From positions 70,784,954 to 70,848,953 of the forward strand of contig JARDVH010000031.1 of the NCBI GenBank assembly GCA_030324005.1: 64,000 nucleotides of DNA, given 5' to 3'. The DNA is from Negaprion brevirostris (Eukaryota). How positions within the stretch are numbered: position 1 is the first letter of the stretch; each line of letters opens with the position of its first letter. Shown one piece after another: positions 12,441-25,200 of the stretch. The notes under the pieces are model-generated. The model did no database searches, was not told the origin of the DNA, and was given only the letters and a program-made list of their open reading frames with translations. Position numbers and translations under genes: made by a program.

Positions 12441-14106
12441 TGGCCTCTCCATCCAGCAGTAATGCTAACTCCAAGAGGGGGAAACTGATGTGGTGGAGAA
12501 AAGGTTTCAGCCAAAACTCTGGCAAACCTCTCTCGAATTGCCAAAGGGTCAATTGCAATTGACATTGGTTACCGACAACATAATTACTAATACTACAGAT
12601 CCATCACCTCTGGTGGGCAAACATAATCAAAAGAGCTGCCTGCTGAAATAAATGATTAAAGATTCATAAATTTTAAAAAAGAATAAACAAGTCTTGCTGC
12701 AATTGTATATGGCTTTGGTCTTCATATTTAAGAAAGGATTTATTTGCATTGGAGAGGGACATGGGTTATGGTGATAATGCGGGAAAGTAGAGTTGAGGAT
12801 TGTCATACAGATCAGTCTCGATCTCATTGAAGGGAATTCACAAGTACGCTTGCATGCATATTGCCAACCAAAACTATATATTGATTGAACTTCTCTATAC
12901 CATTAAGATATCTTTATTGCTTTCTAACTTGAAAATTAGAAATTCTACTCACAGGTTCATCATCTTCGTTCCTATGCCCTCCTGTTGTTCGTCAAGTAAA
13001 CACTCTTCCTGCCCGATTTCAGACAAATTAAATCAGCACTGAGCAGGAATCAATTCATACTTTTGTAGGACGTATGGTGCAGAAACCATTTACTTAATCT
13101 TATGTTTGGTCTCTCAATACTAGTTTAGAGTGCAGTGATTGTTGTTTGATGTGGGCAAATGGAGTCATTAAGTTCAGGATTCTACGATCAACAATGAGAC
13201 AAATACCTAGGCAGATTTTGGTACTGCAAAAAGGAGTCATATTGGCCAAGATATTAGAACTTCACATTGTCAAACAGTACTCAATGAACTTTAGAATAGG
13301 CTGGAAAGCTTCAGTTTGTTACTTCATCTGAAAGCAGCACCCACTCATGAGAATGCATCCTAAAGTAGGTACTCAAGTCCTAGAATGAGGACTTTGAATC
13401 CACAACATTCTCATTCACTGTCATGGAGTGGGAGGGGAGGCATAGCAACGGAGGCCTAAAAGATTTTTGCAATTTTAATATATTGCATCTTCAAAATATG
13501 CAGAGGAAATACACACTCCAAAGAAAATAAAATAAACTGCAGATGTATAGCCTTTTTAACAGCATCAGTTAATTTAGGTTCAAGAAAAAAGTTTATTGGA
13601 TGGCACACAATCAGCATACTGTTTGAAATTATCTCCTTACTTTCAGACATTCAATGTTGTTTCGTTATTATTAATTGGATGTGAAATACACCCACCCTCA
13701 TGATTATAAGGCTCTTAACTATAGCAGACTTTCCTTTATCTTTGATCATATATTTTAAAGGTTATATTTTTGTAAAATACTATGAACCATTTCATTAAGC
13801 ATAACAGCACATATTCAAGCATGTAAAAACTTTGGTTCCCGAGTATTCAGATACTAGTGCTTCAATTTTTTTTTAAACTTGCTTTCTTCAATGAATTTAA
13901 GACCAATAGCAGATTGTAGAAAAATACAATCTCTGATGGAAAATAAACTTGACCAAGGACCATGTTTTTCCAAAAAATAAACATAATCTCCAGTGACTCC
14001 ACACGCTTCCTGACCACATTTGAACTTCTCATCCCCCCTCAACAGGACAACTTCCACCTGCCTCTGGCATCTCTTACCTCCAATGTCCCTTTTGGATTCT
14101 CCCACA

Positions 14107-14182
14107 TATAAGAACATAAGAAATAGGAGCAGGAGTAGGCCATCCAGCCCTTTGAGCCTGCCCCGCCATTCAATAAGATCAT
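14107..14182 (-). mobile_element. CR1 LINE 3' terminus, continuing into a gap
   Basis: ATAAGAACATAAGAAATAGGAGCAGGAGTAGGC is the reverse complement of the tail at 380-413. Confidence 0.85.
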
Positions 14183-14944
14183 NNNNNNNNNNNNNNNNNN
14201 NNNNNNNNNNNNNNNNNNNNNNNNNNNNNNNNNNNNNNNNNNNNNNNNNNNNNNNNNNNNNNNNNNNNNNNNNNNNNNNNNNNNNNNNNNNNNNNNNNNN
14301 NNNNNNNNNNNNNNNNNNNNNNNNNNNNNNNNNNNNNNNNNNNNNNNNNNNNNNNNNNNNNNNNNNNNNNNNNNNNNNNNNNNNNNNNNNNNNNNNNNNN
14401 NNNNNNNNNNNNNNNNNNNNNNNNNNNNNNNNNNNNNNNNNNNNNNNNNNNNNNNNNNNNNNNNNNNNNNNNNNNNNNNNNNNNNNNNNNNNNNNNNNNN
14501 NNNNNNNNNNNNNNNNNNNNNNNNNNNNNNNNNNNNNNNNNNNNNNNNNNNNNNNNNNNNNNNNNNNNNNNNNNNNNNNNNNNNNNNNNNNNNNNNNNNN
14601 NNNNNNNNNNNNNNNNNNNNNNNNNNNNNNNNNNNNNNNNNNNNNNNNNNNNNNNNNNNNNNNNNNNNNNNNNNNNNNNNNNNNNNNNNNNNNNNNNNNN
14701 NNNNNNNNNNNNNNNNNNNNNNNNNNNNNNNNNNNNNNNNNNNNNNNNNNNNNNNNNNNNNNNNNNNNNNNNNNNNNNNNNNNNNNNNNNNNNNNNNNNN
14801 NNNNNNNNNNNNNNNNNNNNNNNNNNNNNNNNNNNNNNNNNNNNNNNNNNNNNNNNNNNNNNNNNNNNNNNNNNNNNNNNNNNNNNNNNNNNNNNNNNNN
14901 NNNNNNNNNNNNNNNNNNNNNNNNNNNNNNNNNNNNNNNNNTAA

Positions 14945-15095
14945 CCATAGTTACATGGATAAGATGGGTATAGAGAGATATGGGCCAAATGCAGGCAACT
15001 GGGATTAGCTTAAGAGTTTAGACAAAAAGAGCAGCATGGACAAGTTAGGCTGAAGGACCTGTTTCCATGCTGTAAATCTCTGTGACTCCATGACA
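14945..15095 (+). mobile_element. CR1 LINE 3' end after a gap
   Basis: TACATGGATA.GATGGG...GGGCCAAATGCAGGCAA...CCTGTTTCCATGCTGTA, similar to the copies at 45690 and 56300. Confidence 0.75.
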
Positions 15096-15269
15096 ATTTT
15101 GCTTTCTAATTTAAAGAGTAAAATCAAACCAGAGTAAGAAAGGTGGCTTATCTCATCCCATCACTTTCTTACGTGGTAGATTATGTTAAAATTACCAGTA
15201 GTTGAATTTCAAATCTTTCTTTAGTCTTGCCTCACCCTTAAACATCCTTTTGCCTTACATGTCTATGGC

Positions 15270-15700
15270 TTAGTGGAACACTTGCTTCCAGGTTGGAACA
15301 TTGTGTATTCAAATCCGAATCTAAAACACATAATCTTGACCATCAGTTCAGTACAATACTGAAGGATTGCTGTGTTTTTAGAGGTGCCATCTTTTGCCTG
15401 AGATGTTGCACTGAGGGCCAGTCTGCCATCTCATGTAGATACAGGAGATACTGTGGCATTATTTTGATGAATATAATTTCTCACTTATGTCCTAACAAAT
15501 ATTTAGCTTTCAACCAACATCAATAAAACAGTTTATCTGGTTTTTACCACAGTGTTGCTTGTGGGATCTTGCTGTATGCAAATTGTCTGACATATTTCCT
15601 ATCTTGCAACAGTGACTACATTTTGAAAGTGCATAATTGACTTTAAAGAAATGTAGGACATCCAAGTCATGATATTTACCATACAAATATGTCAATCTTT
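15270..15700 (+). mobile_element. Deu-domain (SacSINE1-like) SINE, near full length
   Basis: GAGGTGCCATCTTT...GAGATGTT Deu core and CAACCAACATCA...GCTTGTGGGATCTTGCTGT...CAACAGTGACTACA tail. Confidence 0.75.
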
Positions 15701-18045
15701 CAATCCTACATCCATCAATCCTCAATCTCTCGCCATTTACGTAGCCTCTCCTCACCCTCCTGCTCTGAACCTTCATTGTTAGCAGAGTTTCCATGCTATT
15801 CTTACTTAAACCCAACCATTCTATACATTGGAATTTCTTAGCTTAAGCTCTCAGATCCCCTTTCCATTTTTAAAGACCAAAATTAATCTTTTCCACCAAT
15901 CTCTCCTGACTCTCATTGCATTCTTAGTTTTCTTTTGTCCATGTTTTCACTTTCCCTTTCCATTGTAAATTGGATCAGGACATTTTTCAAAGATGTTATG
16001 TCATTAAGTTTTACCACCCCTCCACCCCACTCTCTCATCTTCTCCCTTTTTCCTGAATTTGTTGAGCTAAGATTTTATATGGTCAAATCATTATCCCAAT
16101 TCAGATCTAAGTTTATACAGATCACAGATTGGATTGAAGCTGAAATTTTCCTTGTCAGAATGGCTCAGTGGCATATCAAGCATTCGTCTCGTGCCACTCC
16201 ATTGCCTTCAATCCATTGTCCTGCATACTCTTCTTCTACAGAGCCTCTAATTTATATTTAAGTTACTGTTAATAGTCTCCTGCAATTGTGCACTAAGTGC
16301 AGCAGAAGAAAAAGGTTCTTTTTCAGATAATCCAATTTCTCTTGGATGCCTTGAGTCAATCCGTCTCCACCACACTCTCAGGCATTCCAGATCCTGACCA
16401 CTCGCTACATAAATAAGTTATTTCTCATATCGCCTTTGCTTCTTCAGCCAATTATCTTAAATCTGTGCCCTGTAATTCCCCATTCCTTCCATCAACAGGA
16501 AGTCTTTGCCTTGCTACAACACCTAGATCCCTTATTATTTTAATACCTAATACTATACCAATACTGATCTTCTGTAATAGATTTTTAAGATAAAGAAATA
16601 CTTAGCTATTATATAGCATACATAAAATAAGCAGTATTTTTAAATAAAGTACCCATATTAGTTCCATTATTCCTTAAGAAGCTTTCCTTCTCTTCTATTG
16701 CACTTTGAGTTCAAATGTAGGAAGTTATATATACCATAATTTAAGCATAAAACTCTCATTTGGTTCCTTTTTAATAGTTCTAATGTCATCACCAAATCTT
16801 ACCTCAAAATTGTACATTATTAAATTGTAATTGAGCAGATAGCTAATCTAGAATGACAAATGTATATAATGTATAGATACATCACATAAAATGTGCTGGA
16901 AATTTCACAGATCAGAGTCCTAATGTAAGGCTAATCCTATGTCATACAGAATTTTAAAACAGATGATCAGTCATGAGATTTAGCATATTGTTTCTATCTG
17001 ATGTGTCGTTACTTTAGGGAGAAAAATCAGGCATTTTAATTTAAAAGATTCAAGAGCATCATCAAGAAACCCCATAATATTAAGGCAAAAAAGAACTTGT
17101 GCCTTTCATCATCTCAGGACATTCAATAACACTTTCCACCCAATAGAAGTATCACAGGTGCAATATTATTTACAGTAGAATCAACTTGTAAAGAATTGAT
17201 TAAAACAAGAAAACTGTGTATTTTTTAAAAAAAGACCTAATGCACTGATTACCACTTGGGAAAATAAACAAGGCAACAGGAATATGCAGACGGAAGCAGA
17301 AAGAACAGATTTCTGAAATCAGAGTAAGAAATAGAAGTGCTGAGTTCTGACAAAGAGGCTACATTTTAAACATTCTCTCCTGTTTTCTGCAGATGCTTAT
17401 TGATCAGCTGAGGAATTCTGGTAATTTTGTTTTGCTTCTAACACCAGTGTAAATTTATTACCAGTACCAAAACTACCTTCAGTGACTTCCTTGTAGTACT
17501 CACAAAATATCACTACACTCTGTGATTCAATAAAATTAAATTATTGGTGCAATACAGGAAAAGTATACAATTTTTCTACTGTTTACCAGTAGGCCATTTA
17601 TATTTTAGTTTGCACTGAATGCAGCAGAAATCTTACACTCTGAGGATTACAGAAACATGATAATTATAAACAACATCCGTAGAAAAATATTTTGGGTTCT
17701 CATTATACTATTTTCCATTGAAGTATTTAGTGTACAAATAATATGTGGACTATTTTAAAATGATTTGATCTTAACTCTGGTGTACAGTGGTTGAGTTAAC
17801 TGAAGGGATACTCAGGCAAGTGGATAATTCTTCCAAAATGTTTTGAATGAATGAGAGGTAATGGCAGTTAATTACAAATGTGCATTTCCTTAGTGAGCTT
17901 TCATGCATGACTTGTGTTTTTTTTCCAAAATTCACTCTGCCAAAAACTCTACTGTAATTTGTGGGAACCAGGGGCATTGGTAATTGGTGGCAGAATTCAC
18001 AGACAAAACTTTAACTGCAATTTGACCAGCTGAAGATTGGTTAAA

Positions 18046-18346
18046 GGGCAGCACAGTGGTTAGCACTGCTGCCTCACAGTGCCAGGGACCACGGTTCGAT
18101 TCCACCCTTGGGTCACTGTCTGTGCAGAGTCTGCATGTTCTCCCCATGTCTGTGTGGATTTCCCCACAGGTGCTCCGGTTTCCTCCCACGATCCAGAGGA
18201 CTTGTTAGTTACGCGCACCGGCAATGCCACATTCTCCCTCAGTGTACCCGGACTGAAGCCAGAGTGTGGTGGCTCAGGGATTTTCGCACTAACTTCATTG
18301 CAGTGTTAATGTGGGCCTACTTGTGACACTAACTTCAAAACTTTAT
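18046..18346 (+). mobile_element. V-SINE with HE1-like head and an alternative 3' tail
   Basis: GGGCAGCACAGTGGTTAGCACTGCTGCCTCAC head and ACTTCATTGCAGTGTTAATGT..CCTACTTGTGAC tail. The tail is shared with 57451-57739. Confidence 0.9.
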
Positions 18347-18579
18347 AGTTCTGCTCATCCATCCACAGTGACATCTCCACCCAGTAAACGGGTGCATTGG
18401 GAAGTTTTGGAAAAAAATCTTTTTTTTTCCTCTATATCAGACTCAGTTCGCCCAACTTTAAGACCAAACAAACCACGAGGGGAAACTGCACGTCAAACAT
18501 AATCGCAATTCAGCAGCAGATACTGGAGAGGAAAACACAGTCTAACCCCAGTCCACTGCTTGGCTTTGCGCCTTTAAAA

Positions 18580-19310
18580 TCCAGGCGACATCGAGGCACT
18601 TCCCTCGGCCTAAAAAAAAACACCCGACCGAGCCCGAGCCGGGTTTATATTTAAAACACAGTCCCTAACCGCATTGGCTCCATGATAGAGAAAGAGAGAG
18701 AACACACGGGCTATTTTGAAAGCAAGCGGCTTTAACGACTGCAGCGCGCGCTATGCCGGCCGACCGGCCCCACCTGTCACTCAGGCCCCGTCTGCCCCGC
18801 ACCTCCTCCTCCTGCTGCTGCCGGCGGTTCCGTCACCATGACAGCGGGCAGGCGCCGCGCGCGCGCTCACACCCGCGCGGCCCCCTCCACCAGTCGGCGT
18901 GCGCGTCAACGCGCGCTCCCAGGTGGAACGTCCCGCTGCATGCGTGCGCGTGCTCCCCCTCCCGGAGGCACGTCCTCCTCCCCGAGCTCGAGCGAACCTC
19001 TCGCTACAGAGAGACGCCCAGCGAGTAGCTTGCCCCAGCCAGGCGAAATGCTCCCGCCCCGGCAGTCGGAGCGAAGGGGCGGATCGTGCTTTCCCCACTC
19101 CTCCGTATTGCCACCCCAGCCTCATTAAAGTTTAAAAAGACGGCTTGGAGCGAACAAAAAAAAATGCGAAACCCGGTCGCCTTTCAGTCAATTGCCACTT
19201 TGTCCCCGCAGTGCGCCCACTACCCCCGACCCGCCACTTGGTCGCAAGCGCCTCTCCTTTTAGTCAGATGGTTCAATCTGAGGGATATTTGTGTGCGTCC
19301 CTCATAATTG
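18580..19310. promoter_or_regulatory. CpG island / promoter, probably of the next minus-strand gene (GTDC1/QTMAN by synteny with other vertebrates)
   Basis: The only strongly GC- and CpG-rich non-repeat block in the window, with many CGCG runs and an NRF1-like GCATGCGTGCGCG near 18938. Gene identity is inferred from synteny only. Confidence 0.8.
18774..18900 (-). other. Putative non-coding first exon of the downstream gene (TSS not defined)
   Basis: GC-rich minus-strand segment ending in the candidate donor GACAG|GTGGGG at 18774/18773, near the edge of the CpG island. Confidence 0.4.
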
Positions 19311-20821
19311 TGCCTGTCTGTTTCCCTATCCCTTTCTCTTCAAATCTCCTACTTTAATCTCTTCCTCCTTCCAAACATTGCTCATTATTTTTTCTTAAAC
19401 GGTCTTTTAAGACTTTTTCTTAAAAGAGCAACAGGAAAGAAAAGTAAAAATAAATGCCATGGCAAACCTGTATATCAAATCAAAGGGAAGAGGAGGAAGG
19501 GATGGAGTGTACAACAGAGGAATAAGATTGCCCCCTTCCAATTCTCTCTGTGAATTGGCTCTGTCCACACCATTGGCTCGCGTTAATCAGTCCTTAGATG
19601 CATCCAAAACTTGTTTGTTCTGCTGAGTGCATTTTAGGGACTTTTTTATTGGACTTATTTTAAATTAGGTGCGAGCTGCTGAGTGTCTGCACTGCATACA
19701 TCTCTCTGGATTTCACAAAAGACTAGCCAACTCCAGATCGTTTCCCCACCTTCTCAACATTTCCCTACTGGGACCAAAGAACAGAAATGTTCGCCTCTCC
19801 CAACCTAACACTGAGCTTCGATCTCCTCCAGCTAATGGTAGAGCCACAGTGCGCTCTAAACCTGTGAAAAGGTCAAATGGGCAGTGCAATTTGATATGAT
19901 GTGGGTCTCATGTTAATGTTAAGTTGATGCAGATAGCTTACATCAGTTCTGCTTCTTTACCGTAGCAGTATTATTAGCATACTAGTAAAGTCAATCATTG
20001 CCAGGAATACACCACACCCTGATGAGAGAATGTATGTGAGTGCTGTAAAGAGGGCCCAAAAAAAACGTTCTGCTGGATGTGAAATGCCTGCCTTTGCTCC
20101 ATTTTATTTCAGACCAACAACTTTATTGATGCTGTTTTATTGCTTGCTGTTGATTCCTGTTTATCAATAGCTTTAATGCTTTTGACCTAAATTTCTGATT
20201 TTGTTTTTTGGCCTCTCGGTTTCTACTATTCCAAGTCCGGTTACCTGAGTATCGTCTCAGGGTGGTACGACCCGGTTTTAACATATTAACCTCCATCATA
20301 ATATTTGTGGAATCATTCCAAACCATCATGTGGACACTGGCTGATTGTGTGTTCTATAGGTTCCCAGAGTCCTGATGACATTGAAGCCAAGGAAGATGTT
20401 GAGTCCTGTCATTCACCAGAAGGTGCTCAGCTGATTTGGTATTTTTGCCCCAACTACCTTCAGAAAATAATCAGCACTATACTTTTGAGGTTTAGTGTTG
20501 CACTGCATAGATGCTCAACACTGTTAGCACTCACTGCACTGCACAGAATGCAAGTCAAACTTCTGCATTGATCCCAGTCAGCATCCTAAACAGTATTTAG
20601 CACTGTATGTGTATAGAAAGGGTTTGGGATGAGCCAAATCTTAGAATACACTACTGTATAGTTAGGTAAGCTATCTTTTTTAACTTCTGTTAAAGTGGAA
20701 TGGTACAGAATTGGTATGTACAACAGTACTTAATTGGTTCTAAAGCACTTTGGGATAACCTGAGGTAATCAACAATTCTATATAAATGAATTGTCTTTAC
20801 AATATTCATTATATGCAACAA

Positions 20822-20979
20822 ATATGTGCAGGTTAAGTTGATTGGCCATGCTAAATTGCCCCTTAGTGTTGGGGTGGATTAGGAGGGTAAATAGATGGGG
20901 CTATGAGGATAGGGCTTGGGTGGGATTGTTGTCAGTGTGGACCGAATTGCCTCCTTTGGTACTGTAGGGATTCTATGAT
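20822..20979 (+). mobile_element. HE1-like V-SINE 3' half
   Basis: GATTGGCCATGCTAAATTGCCCCTTAGTG...CTGTAGGGATTCTATGA. Confidence 0.85.
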
Positions 20980-21339
20980 AAACACTTCCTCGAAGAAAGA
21001 ATTTTGGATTTCAGAGTATTTATTCAAATTATTTTGTATTTGACTTTAAGGTAACAGATGCCTGGGATTTAAAGTGCCATTGAATGAATAGAGCTGATGA
21101 TGTCAACTATACATGCAAACTAGTTACCGATAACAAGAGAACTCCAAAACTGAACTATGACCTTAATCTCAGCACCAACTATTTGCTGTTCTTTGTATAT
21201 AGACCCTTCTTATTGTGACATGGTGGGCCAAGTTGGGCACATTCACTGAAAAGTGATGCACATACTCTTCACCATGTAATTAATACAACAAAAGTAGCCC
21301 TGTATCAGAAAAAATGAAAAGACGAAAAGAAAATTCACC

Positions 21340-21520
21340 AAACCCAAAAGAAAATGGTGGAAATGCATAGCAGGTCCAACAACACCCAAAGGAATAAAAG
21401 GCAAATGTTACAGATGAGATTCTTCCTCAGAATGTAGGATGCACTAACATAGAATCTGGCCTGAAGAGGTGTGCTTTTCCAGATGCTGCCTGACCTGCTG
21501 TACATTTCCAACATTTACCT
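21340..21520. mobile_element. Palindromic non-autonomous Penelope-derived element
   Basis: Inverted arms 21352-21376 and 21492-21516 match at 22/25. The same arm sequence occurs at about 8100-8140 and 62410-62445. Confidence 0.6.
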
Positions 21521-22248
21521 CAGAAAAATAAATTGAATACAATCTAGATGTACTCCTTTATGCCTTAAAATGCATTATAAATGATTAAGTAAAGCATTTT
21601 AAACTCTGTAACATTCCACTTTAAAAGAATTACCATTTTAAAAACTCAATTCACTTAATTGTGTACTGTAGACACACCATTGAATCAATATGACTTAATG
21701 TTAATATTAAGTTGATACTTTTGAACAATTACATTTTCATCAATGCTAATCTGGTATTCTTGTGCCATGGCCATTTATGATATGTTTGTGCATGTATGTA
21801 AAGTCAAATTTTTGCAACTTGCAGCTTAGATCACTTCAGGTACAAGGCAAAAACACACTTTTAAAGTATGGAAGCAGGCTAACAGCAAAAACAGCATGTG
21901 AATTCTTAATAAACTTTAAATTATTCTGTTTACTATTCTAACCTCATGATTTAGCATTCCGTTCACTTGAAGAATTTAAAAATATTTTCCCAAATTCTCC
22001 AAATTTTTGTTTTTCTTAATAATGCTTTCTTTTACTGAGATGTGCATTAATCTTAAAGTATTTGTGTCTTGCAAATTATAATGTCAATAAATTAGTGTCA
22101 AAGCAGTTGGAACTGTAACACAGCACTTTTCATCAAGGAAATCACTCTCAAAGGAAATTATACATTCGATTAAACTGAAGTGACCTGTTTATAACTTGTC
22201 TTGTGTGGTTTAACAGTATTTAGTCAGTGTTGCGCATATTAATTGTGC

Positions 22249-22254
22249 TTTATT
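22249..22254 (-). terminator. Candidate distal polyadenylation signal of ZEB2 (AATAAA)
   Basis: Minus strand reads GTAATCAATAAAGCACAATT, near the end of the repeat-free block, giving a UTR of about 5.07 kb. Other AATAAA hexamers exist in the UTR. Confidence 0.5.
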
Positions 22255-25200
22255 GATTACAGTCAAATGCATCCAGCATATACTTTAGAAATTGTTTACA
22301 GCTTCCACAATATTACCTCAACTGAAAATGATTATAAACTAGCTGCAGTATAACTTACTAAGGAATTACTAAACTGCATTCACATCATACTCACATCACC
22401 AGTTGAAACATCATTCTCAAACCACCATCATTTGATCAATGCATGTTCCTAATGATTGACTTAAAATAGTTGAGTGAACTTGAGTGCTGTCCCTCATTCT
22501 TCAAATTCTCTGAATTATAATTTTCCTCACCCTGTGCAATGCAGATCAATTCTACACTAACATTTCTGTTCCAGTTGCATACACATCATTAGTCCTACTG
22601 TAAAATGCATTTAACTTTTGTGGTCATGTATTAGGACCTAAGATTGAAATTTCTGATTTCAGTAAGATTAATTCTCATAGCAACACTTCTGATAGTAACA
22701 GCAAATGCAGACACTGTTGTCTTCTTACAGCAGAAGAAAACAAATTTATCTATTAGCTTTTGTATTGCTTTATTGAATTTTTTTAAAAGAAGCAATCTGA
22801 AGCATAACTACAATCCAAATCATGAACTATGTTTCTTGAAGAAGTAATGTGGACTGTTTAAATTGTATAGACTTCATGGCTTGAATGTTAAATGTAGTTC
22901 AATCATTTGTTGAAACTGAATAAATCACTGCTGGTCTATTGTAAAATTTGTTCCAAACGTTGATTTTATGCTGGTACCATATGCACAGCTGTGTCAAGAC
23001 TTCTTTAAAATTTGATGGAACAAGGCGACATGTCTTCGTTGTCTTTTATTAGATCACTATTTATAAACCCTGCCTTTGCTGCATTCTTGATTAATGTGTT
23101 AATGACAGCATTCATGGGCTTTCTTCAGAAATGTTCACTCACACGTCCACACAGAAACCAATCGACTCTTGAAATCTTACTTCTATTTTTATCGCTTTAC
23201 AAACCTTGCTATCCATGTCCTGATGACAAACATGCTGAACTATGAAAATAAATAACATCTCCTTATACATGTTAGAACATATATGGAACAACTGCTAAAC
23301 CATTTTGAGATTGTTAATGTTTTATCTGTTTAGTGATTTCCCACGGTTGGATGGGGAATTAAACTTATCTTTTTAGAGTGATCCAGAGGGGGTCATTTAA
23401 TGTAATATTTTATATTATAGTGAATACAGTTAGTAACAAGCAGAAATCTGCTGTTGTATTAAGGGTCAGGCTCAGGAAAAAATCAATTGATCTACTTTTT
23501 TCCTCTCCTCAGAGAGATTATAATATTATTATTCTCAAGGATTCTTGTGTGCTTATTCTTACAACCAGGCGTTATTTTAAAATCAATCAATCGTAAAACA
23601 AATTACAGAACAAAATGAAAAAAAAACTTACATGGCAAAGGGTTTAAAAGCTTCACTTTACTCTGTTTTATGTGCACTTTGACTGAAACATATGTATTTT
23701 AGTACTGTCCTTTTTAAAATGCTTTCCATCACTATGGATGTGCAGTGAAAATATTACCAAAATGCTTGGGGCATTCTCCAACAGACCTATAATGATCCTC
23801 AATATTTTTATTCTTGCAGATAATTATGTCCAAGGTAATTCACAGATCTTCAGAGAACACGTTTAACAACAGTCCTGTTCAAATTGCTGTGCAAATTCAA
23901 ACCTGTCAATATATTATTCCACAGTATAGCATTAAAGAAAAGCATCTTATTACCCTTTAATACAGCAATCAAGTTTTTTTCAAAAAAAATGTAAAAGTGC
24001 TGCTGGGAAAATATATCTGAATATTTACTTTGACTCTATTTTCCTAATGTCATGAGAAATGTATCATCATCCCTATACGGTGTCAAATCTGTTCGAGCTA
24101 AGAACCTGCTCTGCTGCCTTGGAGCAACTGATGACTGAATGTTCAAAGTAATGCGTTAAAATCACTAATGATGGTTTAAGGATGGGATCTCCCTGGGTTT
24201 TACATAAGAGGTGACTGGTAAAATCTACCTCTTATATTCTGGACAAATTGCTAGCACCAAATGGTGTTTTCTATAGCTTTAAATATGTAAAGTTTACGGA
24301 GGTTGAATCTACTTTTTTTCTCTTTTCTATGAATTCAAAGCATTTCATCAGATGTCACTATTAATACAGAGACAGGATCCTGTATTTTTTTCTATATTGT
24401 TGGGAATATGAAAAAGTGTTTGATCTTGCAATAATGATTTCACTCATTTAGGGCCTATGATATTTCCTTAATGTATTCAAATGAACTTTGTGTTTTAAGA
24501 AAATGCAAATGAGACACTTGATTAAAACGACTTATTCACTGGGAAGTTACCAGTTTGTGGAAAGTTTGTACCTGCAACTTTCTTGAAATGGAAAAAAAAT
24601 ATAACTAACAATATGAGAAAGCAGTATTAGTATGGATGCTTTTATAATAAAGCACATGTTATAAATACATATTATGAATCACATGTCAGTCTCAGAATAT
24701 GGACTTTCAGTAAAATGTGATATGAGAGTATAGTGCTGAAATGCTCTTAACTGGCCTCATTTACATATAGAGCTGAATGGTTGAAAAGAATTTCACAATT
24801 CCAGGTAAGCCTGACACTAGCGTTTTTTTAATCGGATTTTGTAATGGATGTCCTTTAAAAGTTTTCCTCTCAACCTGCACTAGTAAGAAAATTGATGTTT
24901 TTTTTTAAGACACCAATCAATTAATTGGTATATTCCTGAGATCAACTTAAACGAACTGTAAAAGCCATTTCAAAATCAATGGTTTGGCAGTTCAAAAAAC
25001 TGCATGTCAATCACAATCACTGGTCTTTTAGTTATCATCTGATCTCCGATTTGTCTTCATTACGTGTAATGTATCTTAATTGCCTGCTGGAAATTCAGAC
25101 TGTAGTGTAACCAGATCCTAGTTACAATATCATGGAGGCACTGTTCAAACCATCACTGGCCTATTTCTCTAGAACCTAAGTCTCTTTATTTCAAAGGCAG

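Noticed and set aside
1-18500. Coding exons of the downstream gene (GTDC1-like MSILIIEAFYGGSHKQL)
   Set aside because: No such translation was recognised on the minus strand. The region looks intronic and repeat-rich, so no gene symbol was assigned.
18753-19135. Overlapping Arg/Pro/Ala-rich ORFs on both strands
   Set aside because: Expected by-product of stop-codon scarcity in a CpG island, with no recognisable domain.
20123-20329. Basic 68-aa minus-strand ORF between ZEB2 and the CpG island
   Set aside because: No recognisable homology or splice context, and the length is within chance expectation.
20019-20380. Isolated CTGATGA heptamers (about 20019 and 20372; also about 23220) as hammerhead or snoRNA boxes
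   Set aside because: No accompanying GAAA or stems and no Penelope context, so consistent with chance.
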